From: the human T2T-CHM13v2.0 reference genome, Homo sapiens
Length of the DNA stretch: 64,000 nt
Direction: 5' to 3' (one strand)
Assembly: GCF_009914755.1 (NCBI RefSeq)
Contig: NC_060931.1
Shown: positions 29,006 to 48,110 of the stretch, in pieces
How positions within the stretch are numbered: position 1 is the first letter of the stretch
Layout of the letters: each line of letters opens with the position of its first letter
Program-made: the position numbers and the translations under genes
Notes under the pieces: generated by a model
The model's database searches: none
What the model saw: the letters and a program-made list of their open reading frames with translations, nothing else
Told to the model about the DNA's origin: nothing

Positions 29006-29494
29006 AAATCATGCTGTTATAAAGACACATGCACACGTATGTTTATTGCGCCACTATTCACAATAGCAAAGACTTGGAACCAAGCCAAATGTCCAACAAT
29101 GATAGACTGGATTAAGAAAATGTGGCACATATACACCACGGAATACTATGCAGCCATAAAAAATGATGAGTTCATGTCCTTTGTAGGGACATGGATGAAG
29201 CTGGAAACGATCACTCTCAGCAAACTATCACAAGGACAAAAAACCAAACACTGCATGTTCTCACTCATAGCTGGGAATTGAACAATGAGAACACATGGAC
29301 GCAGGAAGGGGAACATCACACACTGGGGCCTGTTTTGGGGTGGGGGGAGGGGGAAGAGATAGCATTAGGAGATATACCTAATGTTAAATGATGAGTTAAT
29401 GGGTGTAACACATCAACATGGCACATGTATACATATGTAACTAACGTGCACGTTGTGCACATGTACCCTAAAACTTAAAGTATAATAAAAAAAA
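29006..29494 (+). mobile_element. L1PA 3' end
   Basis: ataaagacacatgcacacgtatgtttattg..gcacatgtaccctaaaacttaaagtataataaaaaaaa; ORF 29039 is the ORF2 C-terminus (WIKKMWHIYTTEYYAAIK). Confidence 0.95.
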
Positions 29495-29526
29495 TAGTGG
29501 TTAATCATGAACACACTGACATTAGA

Positions 29527-29717
29527 ACAGGGAAGTCCAATAGAAATACAATGTGAGCTACAGATGCAATTTAAAGTTTCCTAGAAGCCATACTTAAAAA
29601 GTAAAAAGAAACAGATGAATCAGTTTTAATAATAAATTTTATTTAACTCAGGATATTAAAAATATTACCACTTCAACATGTGATCAATATAAAAATTATT
29701 AATGAGATATTTTATTT
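29527..29717 (+). mobile_element. MER33-like hAT MITE fragment
   Basis: gtccaatagaaatacaatgtgagc..aaaaagtaaaaagaaacag..tcaatataaaaattattaatgagatattt. Confidence 0.8.
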
Positions 29718-29876
29718 CTTTTTTTAAAACCTTTATTTTAGAATGAAGAGGTACATGTGCAGGTTTGTTAAAAGGTATATTGTGTGATGCTGATGTTTAG
29801 ACTGTGAATGAACCCATTGGGAATGTAAATTAATTCAGCCACTGTGGAGAGCAGTTTGGAGATTTCTCAAATAACT
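29718..29876 (-). mobile_element. Short 5'-inverted (twin-primed) L1PB insertion
   Basis: 29718-29816 antisense L1 3' terminus; 29817-29876 sense L1 (gggaatgtaaatta..cagccactgtggagagcagtttggagatttctcaaa). Confidence 0.75.
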
Positions 29877-29952
29877 GTTTATTATTTAAAAAAAAAAGAA
29901 AGCAAAAGAAAATGAGGGTGTTTGAGACAGAACCTCAATGAACACATGAAAA

Positions 29953-30151
29953 CCTTTATAAATTTTTTTCTTTATGAAAGTACAATAATATTGATCGGTA
30001 ACTAAGAATAGTATTAATAACATTTTAGCAACATATAGTAACAACTAGATGCCTTTATACATTTTTTCTTTATGAAAGGAAAATAATAAAGACTGATCAG
30101 TAACTAGGAATAGTATTAACATTTTAATAGTACATATTAACAATGAGATAC
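29953..30151. repeat. About 99-bp tandem duplication (2 diverged copies)
   Basis: cctttata..ttctttatgaaag..gatc(g/a)gtaacta(a/g)gaatagtatta at 29953 and 30052. Confidence 0.9.
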
Positions 30152-30197
30152 TGCGTTTTTCATTTCTCATCTCTCTAGAAGCCTTGCAGGACGTACT

Positions 30198-30496
30198 CTT
30201 TTTTTTTTTTCTTTGAGATGGAGTCTCGCTTTATCACCCAGGCTGAAGTGCGGTGGTGCAATCTCTGCTCACTGGAACCTCCACCTCCTGGGTTCAAGCA
30301 ATTCTCCTGCCTCAGCTCCCCCGAGTAGTTGGAACTACAGGCGCCCGCCACCATGCCCGGCTAAGTTTTTGTATTTTTAGTAGAGACGGCATTTTGCCAT
30401 GTTGGCCAGGCTGGTCTTGATCTCCTGACCTTGTGATCTGCCCGCTTCGGCCTGCCAAAGTGCTAGGATTACAGCCGTGAGCCACCGCGCCCGGCC
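30198..30496 (-). mobile_element. Alu
   Basis: TSD acgtactcttt. Confidence 0.95.
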
Positions 30497-30867
30497 ACCA
30501 CGTACTCTTTGTGTCAGTTCATTTCATTTCAAATCATTTCAGTTATTTCCTCAAAATTCATTTGTTGAGTCTATAAGTGCAAATCAAGCTTTCAAATAAT
30601 ACAACGCAAAGGACATTAGAACAACCATTAGGTGAATTATACTTACATTATTAAATATTTTTCTTTTTGGTGACTAAGGGAAAAGGCTGAGAATGCTGGA
30701 CTCTTCATGGTGCCAGGTCTGTGCAGGCAAGATGAGCTGCCGATAAACGACAACAGTGACAGAAACTTTAACCACAAAAACCATCGCTCTCACATGTGCT
30801 GGCTCTGTGCTACTAAGCACGCATGTGCATTATATGCTTTGATCCTCAATAAGACACATTAAAGCTG

Positions 30868-31542
<675 letters not shown>

Positions 31543-31725
31543 AAATCCAAATAATTATTAAAACGTGAACTGAATACAGGTTGAGCATCCCACTGGAGCA
31601 CTACAGATTTCCAATTTTGGGGTTTGAGATGCTAAACCAGTAAGTAGAATGCAAATATTTCAAAATCTGAACATACTCAAAATCCAAAATCTTCTGGTTC
31701 CAAGAATTTTGGGTAGGGGGTATTT

Positions 31726-32176
<451 letters not shown>

Positions 32177-32340
32177 TTATGTTAGAATATTTCTTCCACC
32201 ATCCGTACCTTATGAAAACTCAAAAAGAAGTCAGTCACTTTTCTCTTTCATGTTCAGAAACAAATTAGCAACAATCAATCTATTTCACAGAATATTTGCA
32301 AAGATAGTCTCCTGAACTCATGCATGATACTCAGAAGAAA

Positions 32341-32341
<1 letters not shown>

Positions 32342-32377
<36 letters not shown>
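32342..32377. repeat. (CA)n microsatellite
   Basis: About 18 CA units. Confidence 0.97.
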
Positions 32378-32379
<2 letters not shown>

Positions 32380-32459
32380 ACTCAAAGCAAAACAAAATAA
32401 ATAAATAAATAACAGGTGCTGGCCTAATCACAAGCACACTTGATAGGGTAGATTTCTCA

Positions 32460-32820
<361 letters not shown>

Positions 32821-32822
32821 CT

Positions 32823-33571
<749 letters not shown>

Positions 33572-33729
33572 TGCTCTTAGAAACAAGCTAAATTGGACTG
33601 AAGGCCTGACATTAGACACGTGTGAGTAGAACAGAAAAATAGACAATAGGTGGCGTATTTTCACGTCAAGAGCAGAACGGCAGGCAGGCGGGAGTCTTGC
33701 CCTTTACTGGATGTGCAAGCCTTGGGAAG

Positions 33730-34038
<309 letters not shown>

Positions 34039-34234
34039 GCAAGTTACTTTTAACTATTTGGACCCACTGTTTTTTCTCATCTGGAAAATGGTGTGAAATA
34101 ACCACTTTGCATGGTTACTGTAAGGATCAGAGATGACAGCAGGACTCTTGTGGTTTAGGTGCTCTCCAGTGGAAGCTTTGTTATTCCTGCCCTAAATGGT
34201 GGGAGCCACTGCCGCAGCCCATGGACAGGCCTAG

Positions 34235-34754
<520 letters not shown>

Positions 34755-35013
34755 TGAACCTGCTCATGGATAATATTGTGAGTCAATTTCTTAGCTTCTC
34801 CGCTTACTTTCACCTGTTTCAGCCTTACTTTTGGCTATCTAAAGAGCCTAGTCTGCACTAAGTAAAAACTTTCATATTTTTTATTCCAAATATTGATGAA
34901 TTGAATGTAATTCAATAGCTTTCTTCCTCGCTACCAGCTCAGGATGGATGGACCCAGGCTTGGAGCTACCCATACATTGCTTCTTCCCTGCTGTTTTCTG
35001 TCTCTTTTCTCTA

Positions 35014-35307
35014 CTTTTTTTTTTTTGAGACGGAGTCTCGCTCTGTCACCCAGGTCAAAGTGCAGTGGTGCACTTGGCTCACTGCAGCCTCTGCCTCCCA
35101 GGCTCAAGTGATTCTCCTGCCTCAGCCTCCCAAGTAACTGGGATTACAGGTGGGTGCCACCACACCTGGCTAATTTTTGTATTTTCAATAAAGACGGGAT
35201 TTCACCATGTTTGCCAGGGTGGTCTGAAACTCCTGACCTCAAATAATCTGCCCCCCCTCAGCCTCCCGAAGTGCTGGGATTACAGGTGTGAGCCACCATG
35301 CCTGGCC
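35014..35307 (-). mobile_element. Alu
   Basis: Dimer. Confidence 0.95.
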
Positions 35308-35754
35308 TGTCTGTACTTTTTAATAAGCACAGCTCTTCCAGGGTTGCAGAGGGGAGCGTATTAGTTCTCTGTGGCAGCTGTAACAAGTGACCACAAACTT
35401 AGTAGCTTAAAACAACAGAAATATATTCTTTCACAGTTCTAGAGTCCAGAAATCTGAATGTGGTAGCCCTGGGTGGAAATCAATGTCTCAGCAGGGCCGA
35501 GCTCCTTCCAGTGCTCTGGAGATTATCCATTCCTGGCCTCTTCCAGCTTCTGTGGCTGCAGGCTTTCCATGGCTTGTCGCTGTGTCACTCAGTCTCTGTT
35601 CCTGTGGTCACACTGCCTCTGTCTTTTCTGTGTGTAATTGTCCCTCTGTTTCTTTCTGATAAGGACACTTGTGGTTCCATTTAGGGCCCACCTGGCTAAC
35701 CCAGGACGATCTCCTTATCTCAAAGGTCCTTAAATTAATCACATCTGCAAAGAC

Positions 35755-36056
35755 TTTTTTTTTCTGAGATAGAGTGTTGGTCTGTCACCCAGGCTGGAGT
35801 GCAATGGCATGATCAGAGTTCATGGCAGCCTTGAACTCCCAGGCTCAAGCCATCCTTCCACCTCAGCCTCCCAAGTAGCTGGGACTACAGGCATGCACCA
35901 CCATGTCCAGCTAATTTACATATATATATATATAAAGTGTAGAGACAAGGTCTCACTATGTTGCCCAGGCTGATCTTGAACTCCTGGGCTCAAGCAGTCC
36001 TCTGACCTCGGCCTCTCAAAGAGCTGAGATTACAGCTATAAGCCACCGTGACCAGC
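35755..36056 (-). mobile_element. Alu (J-type)
   Basis: Dimer, (TA)n linker. Confidence 0.92.
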
Positions 36057-36086
36057 CATGCTTTTTTCAAATAAGATAACATTTGC

Positions 36087-36383
36087 AGGCCAGGAGTGTT
36101 GGCTCACACCTGTAATCCCAGCACTTTGGGAGGCTGAGGCAGGTGGATCACTTGGAGTTAGGAGTTCAAGACCAGCCTGCCCAACATGGTGAAACCCCAT
36201 CTCTACTAAAAACACAAAAATTAGCTGGGTGTCATGGCATGTGCCTGTAGTCCCAGCTACTCAGGAGGCTAAGGCAGTAGAATCACTTTAACCCAGAGGC
36301 AGAGGTTGCAGTGAGCTGAGATCATGCCACTGCACTCCAGCCTGGGTGACAGTGAGACTCCATCTCGGAAAAAAAAAAAAAAA
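36087..36383 (+). mobile_element. Alu
   Basis: TSD aagataacatt. Confidence 0.95.
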
Positions 36384-36735
36384 AGATAACATTCGCAAGT
36401 TCCAGGGAACAGGACCTAGATATTTTTGAGAGGTGGGAGACATTTTTCAGACCACCATGGAGAGGAAGAGAACAGAATAGTACTGATGTTTCTGCTATGG
36501 TGCTTCAGAAAGCAGATGCCTAAACTCCAGTTCTTCCTCAGTGAGATTAGGGTTGAGGTGGGCGTTTATTAGAGAAACTCTAGCATTGGATTCTCATCTG
36601 ATACGGGCCATGCTCTTTAGGACGTTATGTTCATCTCTTAGGCCCCTGCTCTCATGATGCACTCACACAGCCTCTCCTGGATGTGGCTCTGCCACCTCTA
36701 CCAGGCAGACCTCCTGGGATACTCAGAATGTCTAG

Positions 36736-37059
<324 letters not shown>

Positions 37060-37389
37060 TAGTCTGAGTATGTCTTAAGGCTTCCCTAGGTGATTCTATT
37101 ATGTACCCAGGGTTGACAGATACTGGATTCAACAAATAAGAGTTGATGATCCTGCCTAGAGATCTTTAGGGAGCAATGGAACAATGAGCCTTGGGTATTT
37201 TAGATGACTAACAGGAGTAGGGCACATAGAGGGCTCTGTCAAGTGATAGGCTGGGAGGTACATGTGCCATTTCTCACTGTGGGTGTTGTCAGCCCTCGGA
37301 GCAGTTGTTCACTCTCTGCTCTGAGCACCCCCATATCTCCTTTACTGCACTCAACATTTTATTTTAGTTAGTTTTGCCATCTACAGAGA

Positions 37390-37494
37390 TATGTGTCTGT
37401 CTATCGACTGACCATCTAGCTATCTAGCTATCCATCTATCATCTCTGTATCTCTCCTATTGATTTTGTTTCACTGGACAACCCTGATAATACAC
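37390..37494 (+). mobile_element. MLT2 3' fragment
   Basis: ctcctattgattttgtttcactggacaaccctgataataca. Confidence 0.7.
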
Positions 37495-37527
37495 AGTCAA
37501 TCCATAAATTGAGACCAAAAAAAGCCC

Positions 37528-37827
37528 AGGCTGGATGTTGTAGCTTAAGCCTGTAGTTCAGCATTTTGGGAGGCCGAGGTGAGAGGATCACTTGAGGCCA
37601 GCAGTTTGAGACCAACCTGGACAACATAGAAAGACACCGTAACTCCAAGAAAATAAAAATTAAAAATTAGCCAAGCCCAGTGGTGCATGCCTGTAGTCCC
37701 AGCTACTCAGAAGGCTGAGGTGGGAAGATTGCCAGAGCCCAGGAATTTGAGGTTGCGGTGAGCTGGGATTGCACTATGGCACTCCAGCCTGGGTGACAGA
37801 GCAAGACCCAATATCTAAAAAATAAAA
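37528..37827 (+). mobile_element. Alu (J-type)
   Basis: Dimer. Confidence 0.92.
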
Positions 37828-38111
37828 TTACGAAGAAAAGTTTGTCCACACCCCTAAAATAATCTTGTAAAGATTTATTCGCTCTTTGTTCTCTTCACTT
37901 AATAAAGTGCAGGTTTCCCTTTTACCCTCTCAATTCAAACTTAACAAAACCCATTTACTTTCTAGAATGTGTAGGATATTAGTCTTGACATAGAGTAGGC
38001 ATGCAGATTGGGATACAGAACAAAGGAAAGAGGGAGGATAAAAATAAAATAAGCAAAAGTTTCCATTCTCAAAGAGTTAGTGGGAAAAATGGTTATGTTT
38101 TCAAATATCTA

Positions 38112-38680
38112 TATGGCAGATTGTATTTTTCAAAAATAGCAGCAACAGTATTTCCTTTCCCATATGTTCTCCTGTAGTGTGACTTTGCCATTTTCTCAAC
38201 AAGAAGTGGAGTTTAATTTTCCTTCCTGTAAATCTGATTGACCTTAGTTACTTGCTCGACCAACACAATGCGGTGAATGTGATAGTCTGTGCCTTCCAAA
38301 GATAGGTCAAAAGAAACCTTGCAGATTCTGCCTGGGTCTCTTTGAAAGCTTACTTGTAGGGTGTTTTGGGAACCCAGCTGCAATGCTGTGAGAAGCCCAA
38401 GCCATGTGGAAAGGCCATATGTGAACACACTGGCCAATGGCCCTTGTTGAACTCTCAACCAATGGCCAGCATCAATTGCCTGCCATGTAAGTGCCCCATC
38501 TTGGATGTCCACTCCAGCTCAGATGACTACAGCTCCAGCGCCTGAGAAAACCAAGTGAGAGTCCCTAATTGAGCCCTGTCAACCCAGAGAACCGTGAACA
38601 ATCAATAAATTGTTGTTTTAAGCCACTATATTTTGAGGGTGATATTTTTTAGGTTTTTAGACTGTGATAGAGAATCAGAG
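38112..38680 (+). mobile_element. MLT1 (F/G/H-like) LTR
   Basis: tatggcagattgtattttt..gtgtgactttgcc..tgctgtgagaagcccaagcca..aataaattgttgttttaagccact. Confidence 0.8.
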
Positions 38681-38929
38681 CAATGTATAAATAAGGCAGA
38701 AAATGGCAATTGTACAATAATTTCTAATTTTATGGAGGCCTTAATGAAGACATAGAATGAGTTCCCATGATGTCAGGGTTGGGAGTTAGCTGCTCTGTCT
38801 TATTTTACCTAACAGCTTGACCCTGTTCTAAAAGGCAAACAGTCACAGCACCGGAGGAGACACTGGCCTGCCCGATCCCAGTGCAAAGCTCTTGTACTGA
38901 CACACGCAGAGGAAGGTGAGCCAATAGCC

Positions 38930-39750
38930 ATCCATTCACTGAATTTAGCCCACATCTCCTTCAACCCTTCTGACAAGCAGATACCTCCTGCTGTATTAGT
39001 CTGTTCTCACACTGCTAATAAAGACATACCCCAGAGTGGGTAATTTACAAAGGAAAGAGGTTTAATGGACTCACAGTTCCACATGGCTGGGGAGGCCTCA
39101 AAATCATGGTGGAAGACAAAGGAAGAGCAAGGGGAAGTCTTACATGGCAGCAGGCAAGAGAAAGCCTGTACGGGGAACTCCCATTTATAAAACCATCAGA
39201 TCCCATGACACTTATTCACTACCATGAAAACAGTATGGGGGAAACCACCCTCATTATTCGATTATCTCCACCTGGCCCCACCCTTGACACCTGGGGATTA
39301 TTACAATTCGAGGTGAAATTTGGGTGGGGACACAGCCAAGCCATATCACCGACCATGCCTCCCTTCCTCTCTAGTTCCATTCTGCCACTGTCTCAGTTCA
39401 GGTTATTGCCATTTCTTGCATGGACTGTTGCAGTAGCTTCCTACTGTGTCTGCCTGATTCCAATCTGCATTTCTTCCAACTTAACTTTCAATTTACCAGG
39501 CAGCCAGGTTGAAGGCTCTAAAATAGAAATCAGGTCACATTTCTCTCCTAATAACAGTTGTCAAAGCCTCCTCTTGAAGGAACGTGTTCAAATCTCCTAA
39601 ATTAGCACAAAGAGCTTCCTGTGATCTGGCACCTGCCTTCTTCCCAGCCTCAGTTCTCACTCCAGCCATAGCAGGACACCCCGTCCCAGGCTTCCCTTCC
39701 AGAATGCTTTCCCTCTTCATCTTATTATCTTCTAATGACACCTCAAAACT
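38930..39750 (+). mobile_element. L2 fragment split by THE1
   Basis: catggactgttgcagtagcttcctact..aaatcaggtcac..gtgatctggcacctgcc. Confidence 0.65.
38992..39348 (-). mobile_element. THE1 solo LTR
   Basis: tgtattagtctgttctcacactgctaataaagacatacc...tttgggtggggacacagccaagccatatca. Confidence 0.92.
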
Positions 39751-39785
39751 CCTTTTCGGGAAACTTGATTTTATATTTGTTTTCA

Positions 39786-40110
<325 letters not shown>

Positions 40111-40503
40111 ACTGCCTTTACTTTCTGACATTTTTTCCTCTTTAAAATAAAGCAGGGAGAGAACATGATTAATTCTGTGGTTGAATCTGAAAAATATTAC
40201 GCAGTTCCTCTGAAGGATGCTTCCCTAAATGTAAAGTTATATCACTGGAATGCACTTATGTGAAAAATATCTGCAATTCTGATGTTAAGAACATCATATT
40301 TCTTCATCATGAGCAGGAGGCTTTGGTGAAGCTTTCTGCCCTGCTCTTTAGGAACATGCTCGCACTTCCGGCTTAATTTGGTGCAGAGTCACTGTGAGAC
40401 AGCTTGGTAAGAAAATTCAACACCAATTAGCCCTTCCTCACATTCTCAAGGTCTGAAATAAAGTTAATTAGATTTGCTCACAAATCTAAGGGTTTGTTCA
40501 CAA

Positions 40504-40790
40504 CAGTGTTGCCCAAAGGCCATTGCATAGAACACTGGTTTTAAGTGAAATAAGCGTCAAGGGTTCCGTGATATAAATTGAGGAAGTATAGAGTTACGCA
40601 AGATTAAGTGATTTTTTTTTCCCTTGCAGAAAAATCTCAGAGGCTTTACTCTGCTATTATGCGTTGACTATCTCCTACAGGGCACTATGGTATGCAGAGT
40701 ATCTGTACTTAACTTGACCACCAGTGCCTTCTATTACAGATCACCTTGCATCTCTCGTGGTCTGTGGGATGCATTTTCAGAAAAACACCT
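40504..40790. mobile_element. Old hAT-Charlie type MITE
   Basis: cagtgttgcccaaag..gaacact ... tgggatgcattttcagaaaaacac termini. Confidence 0.5.
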
Positions 40791-41274
40791 TGTCTACTGA
40801 GAGGGCAGGGATTGCTGCAGATACTATGGTTAAGGAAAAATAGCTTTAGCTTCTACAAATGAGGAGGAAACACATACCCTCTTCATTACCCTTTGCCACA
40901 AATTCTGTCTTCTCAGAGAGCTACAGTGGCTGAAATCTTATGGGATGGCTGGATATAATTTACTGTGCACCACGCCTGTCTCTGAGTCAGGATACTGTAT
41001 CCCAAGGAAGTACGTGGTGGGGAGGTGCCCACAGGCTCTTGCTCCCTTTTGCTGGAACATTTTGCTGCAGGGGCGACTAGAGAAGGATGAATGCCATGTA
41101 GGTACTTAGATGTGAGTGCAGTCAGTGGGCCGGGAGCAGAGGTGTGGGCAGATGGCTGACTGGACACGGCCCATGGTGCATGGCAAAACCACATCTGAAA
41201 TGTCTGACCTAGATACACCGGCTGATCAAAAAAACTCAGAAAATCCTAAGGTCAAAACAAACACTTGGAATAAA

Positions 41275-41579
41275 TTTTTTTTATTTTTTATTTTTTGGAG
41301 ACAGAGTCTTGCTGTGTCACCCAAGCTGGAATGCAGTAGTGTGATCTTGGCTCACTACAACCTCCACATCCCAGTTTCAAGTGATTCTCATGCCTCAGCC
41401 TCCAGAGTAGCTGAGACTACAGGCATGTGCCACCATACCTGGCTAATTTTTGTATTTTTAGTAGAGATGGGGTTTCACCATGTTGGCCAGGCTGGTCTTG
41501 AACTCCTAGCCTCAAGTGATCCACCCACCTCGGCCTTCCAAAGCGCTGAGATTACAGGTGTGAGCCCCCGTGCCCAGCC
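41275..41579 (-). mobile_element. Alu
   Basis: Dimer. Confidence 0.95.
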
Positions 41580-42119
41580 ATAAAATTTTAAAACGAAAAG
41601 AAGGTAGCATTTCTCCCCTTCAATGTTGCCTCAACCTTACTCTTGACTTTGGCTATAAAGGGGAAGCTTTCCTTAAAATGATAAAGAGGAGGGGAAAAAC
41701 CCACATACATTCATACTGCCGAGTATGTACGTGTATTTTCTCTTTCACCTAAGATTTAAAAAAAAAAATAGAATGTCTAGGGGAAAAGATTTGAACTAAG
41801 ATGATCTTCCTCATACACCTGACATATAAGGCTCCTGGGAAGCAAACTTTGGGGACCAATTTCAAAGCAGAGGAAACTGGCCGTTCCATTAAGTAGGGGC
41901 CATCCCCTACTGAGTTTTTTATACTTTGATATTTTGAACTCACATAATAAAGCCAAAACAAGCATTACAGAACAATGTAACATAAACATAGGATGCAAGC
42001 TTTGCCCTTAGTCTTGAGTGCACACATGTGCCCTTGTCAGTTTATGAGCTTGCCTTGGCCAGGACCAAATAGAAGGGTCCTCCTCCTTCAGGGAAGACAT
42101 TCGTTTTAGGAAATCTTGA

Positions 42120-42474
<355 letters not shown>

Positions 42475-42732
42475 TGACAAAGTGCTTTCAACATGCCATT
42501 ATCTCATTTCCTTCTGATCACAACACCATAAGGATTAAGGAAACCACTAATATTCATTAGTATATTCATTACAATATTCTTAGAAACAGAAGGGCTTTAT
42601 AGAGCACGTATTTGGTAATATAACAAATATTTATTGACAGTCATAATACAAGTGAGCCCTGTACCAGGCTTTTGGTACTTCACAGCATAGAAGTTACACA
42701 CACTTACAAGACGAAGCAGAAAAAACAGATAA

Positions 42733-43067
<335 letters not shown>

Positions 43068-43069
43068 TA

Positions 43070-43420
<351 letters not shown>

Positions 43421-43527
43421 AGAAATAGGGGAGCAATAAAATTGTGTAATGGCTGGAGAAAGATGATGGTGAAGTGGGAGCAACCTCACATGGGTGTGTT
43501 GGTGAAGACCTCTCTAAAGAGAGTGGA

Positions 43528-43953
<426 letters not shown>

Positions 43954-44568
43954 TCAATGACTTGTACCCTTGTACCGCAATGGTAGCAGTAGAGGTGGTG
44001 GGAAGAGGTCAGAATCTGAATATATGTTGAAGGTAGATGTGACAAAATTTAGTGATGCGGGATGTGAGAAAGAAAGGAGCCAAAGATGATGTCAAGGTTT
44101 TTAGGCTAAGCATCAGACGATCGAGTTGCTACTTACTAAAATATGGAATAGTAGGAGTTTGGCCTGAGATGTCCATGAGAGACCTAAGTGAAGACATTGC
44201 AAAGGTAGATATATGCAGCTGAAACTCCAGGGAGAGGCCCAGGATGCAGATGGAAATTATAGATCAGTATGCAGATTGTATATAAGCCACGTGGCTGGAT
44301 AAATTCACCAAGGGAATAAGATCACTGGAGAAGAAGAGAGGCCCATCGACTGAGCCCCAGGACCTCCATGGTTTATAGGTTTCCCTAAACCTCGGAATGG
44401 TGTTTCAAGGAGGAAGGAGGATTCGATTCTGTCAAATGCTGCCCATCAATAAGTCAGAATAAGACTGAGAGTTGGTCCATACATTTAGCAACACGGAGGT
44501 CAGTAATGATACTGACACAAGTAGCATTTGTGGAAGAGTGGGGATGAAAATATGATGGAGAAGTGGGG

Positions 44569-44899
44569 TGTATTAGTCTGTTCTCACACTGCTAAGACTG
44601 GGTAATTTATTAAGAAAAAAAAAAGAGGTTGAATGGACCCACAGTTCCACGTGGCTGGAGATGCCTCACAATCATGGAGGAGGCAGCAGGCAAAGAAGGA
44701 AGAAAGAGCCAAGAAAAAAGGGAAACCCCTTATAAAACCATTAGATCTTGTGAGACTTGTTCACTACTATGAGAACAGTATAAGAGAAACCAACCCCACA
44801 ATTCAATTATCTCCCACTGGCTCGCTCCCACAACAAGTGGGAATTACGGGACTGCAATTCAAGATGAAATTTGGGTGGGAACACAGCCAAACCATACCA
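44569..44899 (-). mobile_element. THE1 solo LTR
   Basis: tgtattagtctgttctcacactgcta...acacagccaaaccatacca; TSD tgggg. Confidence 0.92.
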
Positions 44900-45206
44900 T
44901 GGGGTTGAGATGAAAAAAAAAATCAGAGAATATGAGTAAAGACCCCTCTTTCCAGGAGTTTTGTTGTTAAAAAACAAAAACAAAACAAAACACTGGTATA
45001 TTTATTTTTCCAATAACTGTTGGGTGAGGAATGGGTGATGAAGTCACCTTTTGGCCAGATTTCAGGCAGCAGAGAAGGACCTGGGGGGACTGCTTTTATG
45101 ACAGCACTGGTTGGCCTTAGGGGGAAGTCACAGGGAGATGAGGTTACATTAGAAACCAACGAATATGAATAGGATTAAGGGAACAACAGGGGCTATTGAT
45201 GCACTC

Positions 45207-45260
45207 GGGAAGTAGGGGAAGTAGCAGGAGTGGGAAGTAGCAGGAGTGGGAAGCCAGCAT
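45207..45260. repeat. Short tandem repeat (gggaagtagcaggagt)x2-3
   Basis: 16-bp unit seen directly. Confidence 0.75.
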
Positions 45261-45793
45261 CCCCGCAAGCCTGAGAGAGAAAGGGAGGAAGCCCATTGAG
45301 AGCTGGAGGCAGAATCCAGGAAAGAAAATCCTCTACAAATGTTCTGAAAGGCATCTAATGAAGTAATTGTTTATAGAGTAGTGAGGAGGGTTAGGAGAAC
45401 CAATAAGGCATCCTAGGGCTACCTCATTCATTGAGTTGGTGCCCAATAAACCATTAAGATAATTTTTAGAATACTATACTGAAACCTGTCATTTTGGATC
45501 AAGGTCCAAGCACGGTCTCTCCTAGCCCCTTTATCCCAATTTTAGCCATAGCATGTGTGTGAGAATAAGGGATTACAATGACCTCTGTTGAGGACTGGCT
45601 TGAAGCTTATAAAGGCCATACGCTTGCACTAACTTTGAATCTGGCTTCATGAGGAACAGAGGGAAGAGAGAAGTTGAACCCGAGAAAGAAGAGTCCAGAA
45701 AGGCTGAGGATGGAGTTGACTGGAGGTAGACTGTGGAGGAAGAGACAAGTCCAGAAATAATTTCTGTTTGTTATATTTCAAACATAGCAATTT

Positions 45794-46342
45794 TGTCAGA
45801 GGTGTTCGAATAAGAGTGACTCCATCTGGAGTGAGGGTTAGAAAAAAAATGGGCCTGGGACTTGCTGGGCTGCGTTCCCAGAAAGTTAGGTATTCCTAGC
45901 CTCTAGATGGTTATGGTTAAGGGGGCAGATTGATAAAGTTTACTAAACACACCCAGATGTGGGGGTGTCCTGATATCCCACTGTCTTGAGAACAGAAGCA
46001 TTCCTAATTTTGCTTTAAAGATAATAATATCGAATCTTGCAAAATATAGTCATAAGAAAATTAATCCTTTATCACAAACCCTTGTAGCAGAGCACTTATC
46101 CCCATGATCTTTTTTTTTTTTTAATCCTGTATATAAGTAAGTATTGTACCTAGGGTGGATGCGTTCCTCCTCCTACTTTTGGGAATGCTCTATGCTGTCC
46201 ATGGAGTAACCATTCTTTTATTTCTTTACTTTCCTAATAAACTTGCTTTCATTTTACTCTATGGACTCGCTCTGAATTCTTTCTTTTGTGAAATCCAAGA
46301 ACCCTCTCTTGGGATCTGGATCTGGACCCCTTTTCGGTAACA
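45794..46342 (+). mobile_element. MER41C/D-like solo LTR
   Basis: tgtcagaggtgttcgaa..gactccatct...ccaagaaccctctcttggg..ggtaaca; TSD attt. Confidence 0.88.
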
Positions 46343-46444
46343 ATTTTGCCTTCTAAACATGACCCAATTAGACTTCTGGAACTTGGCCCAGGGCTTAGAG
46401 TTAAATAGGATTTCACTACTCACTTAAATTTACATAACATGTTA

Positions 46445-46895
<451 letters not shown>

Positions 46896-47040
46896 ATCCA
46901 AGTATATGCTGTCTATAAAAGACACACCTTAGATTCAAAGACATAAATAAGCAAGTCAAAGGATGAAAAAGAGAGACTATATGAACACTAGCCAAAGAGG
47001 TCTGGAATGGCCACACTAATACCAGACAAAATAGACTTTA

Positions 47041-47344
<304 letters not shown>

Positions 47345-47610
47345 GACTGTAAGTCAAAAGTTATTACTAGGGCAAATAAGGATATTTTATGATGCTAAAA
47401 GAATTAATTTATAAAGAAGATATGGCAATTATAAACATTTAGGCACCTAATAACAGAGTTCTGAAATACCTGAAGCAAAAAAACTGAGAAAATCTAGGAG
47501 AAAAATAGATTTAACAATAAAAATGGGAGATGTGATTACCCGTGTCCAATAATGAATAGAACAACCAGGCAGAAGATCAAAGAAGCAAAGAAATAGAAAC
47601 TGGAACAGCA

Positions 47611-47960
<350 letters not shown>

Positions 47961-48110
47961 CTAGGACTCTCTACCCAACAATACCAGAATACACATTATT
48001 CTCAAGTACTTATGGCACATTCTCAGGAGATACCATACATTAACACATAAAATAAGTCGCCATAATCTTTAAAGAATTAAAATCATGCAAAGTATGTTCT
48101 CCAACCACAT

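Larger units (their letters stand above)
35357..36458 (-). mobile_element. MLT1A/B/C-type LTR split by two Alus
   Basis: gtattagtt..gctgtaacaagtgaccacaaacttagtagcttaaaacaacagaaat..taaggacacttgt..taatcacatctgcaaagac. Confidence 0.85.

Noticed and set aside
29039-29281. 80-aa ORF with real protein similarity
   Set aside because: C-terminus of L1 ORF2 in a 5'-truncated copy; not an expressible gene
39106-39600. 164-aa ORF
   Set aside because: Antisense THE1 LTR running into L2; no domain similarity recognised
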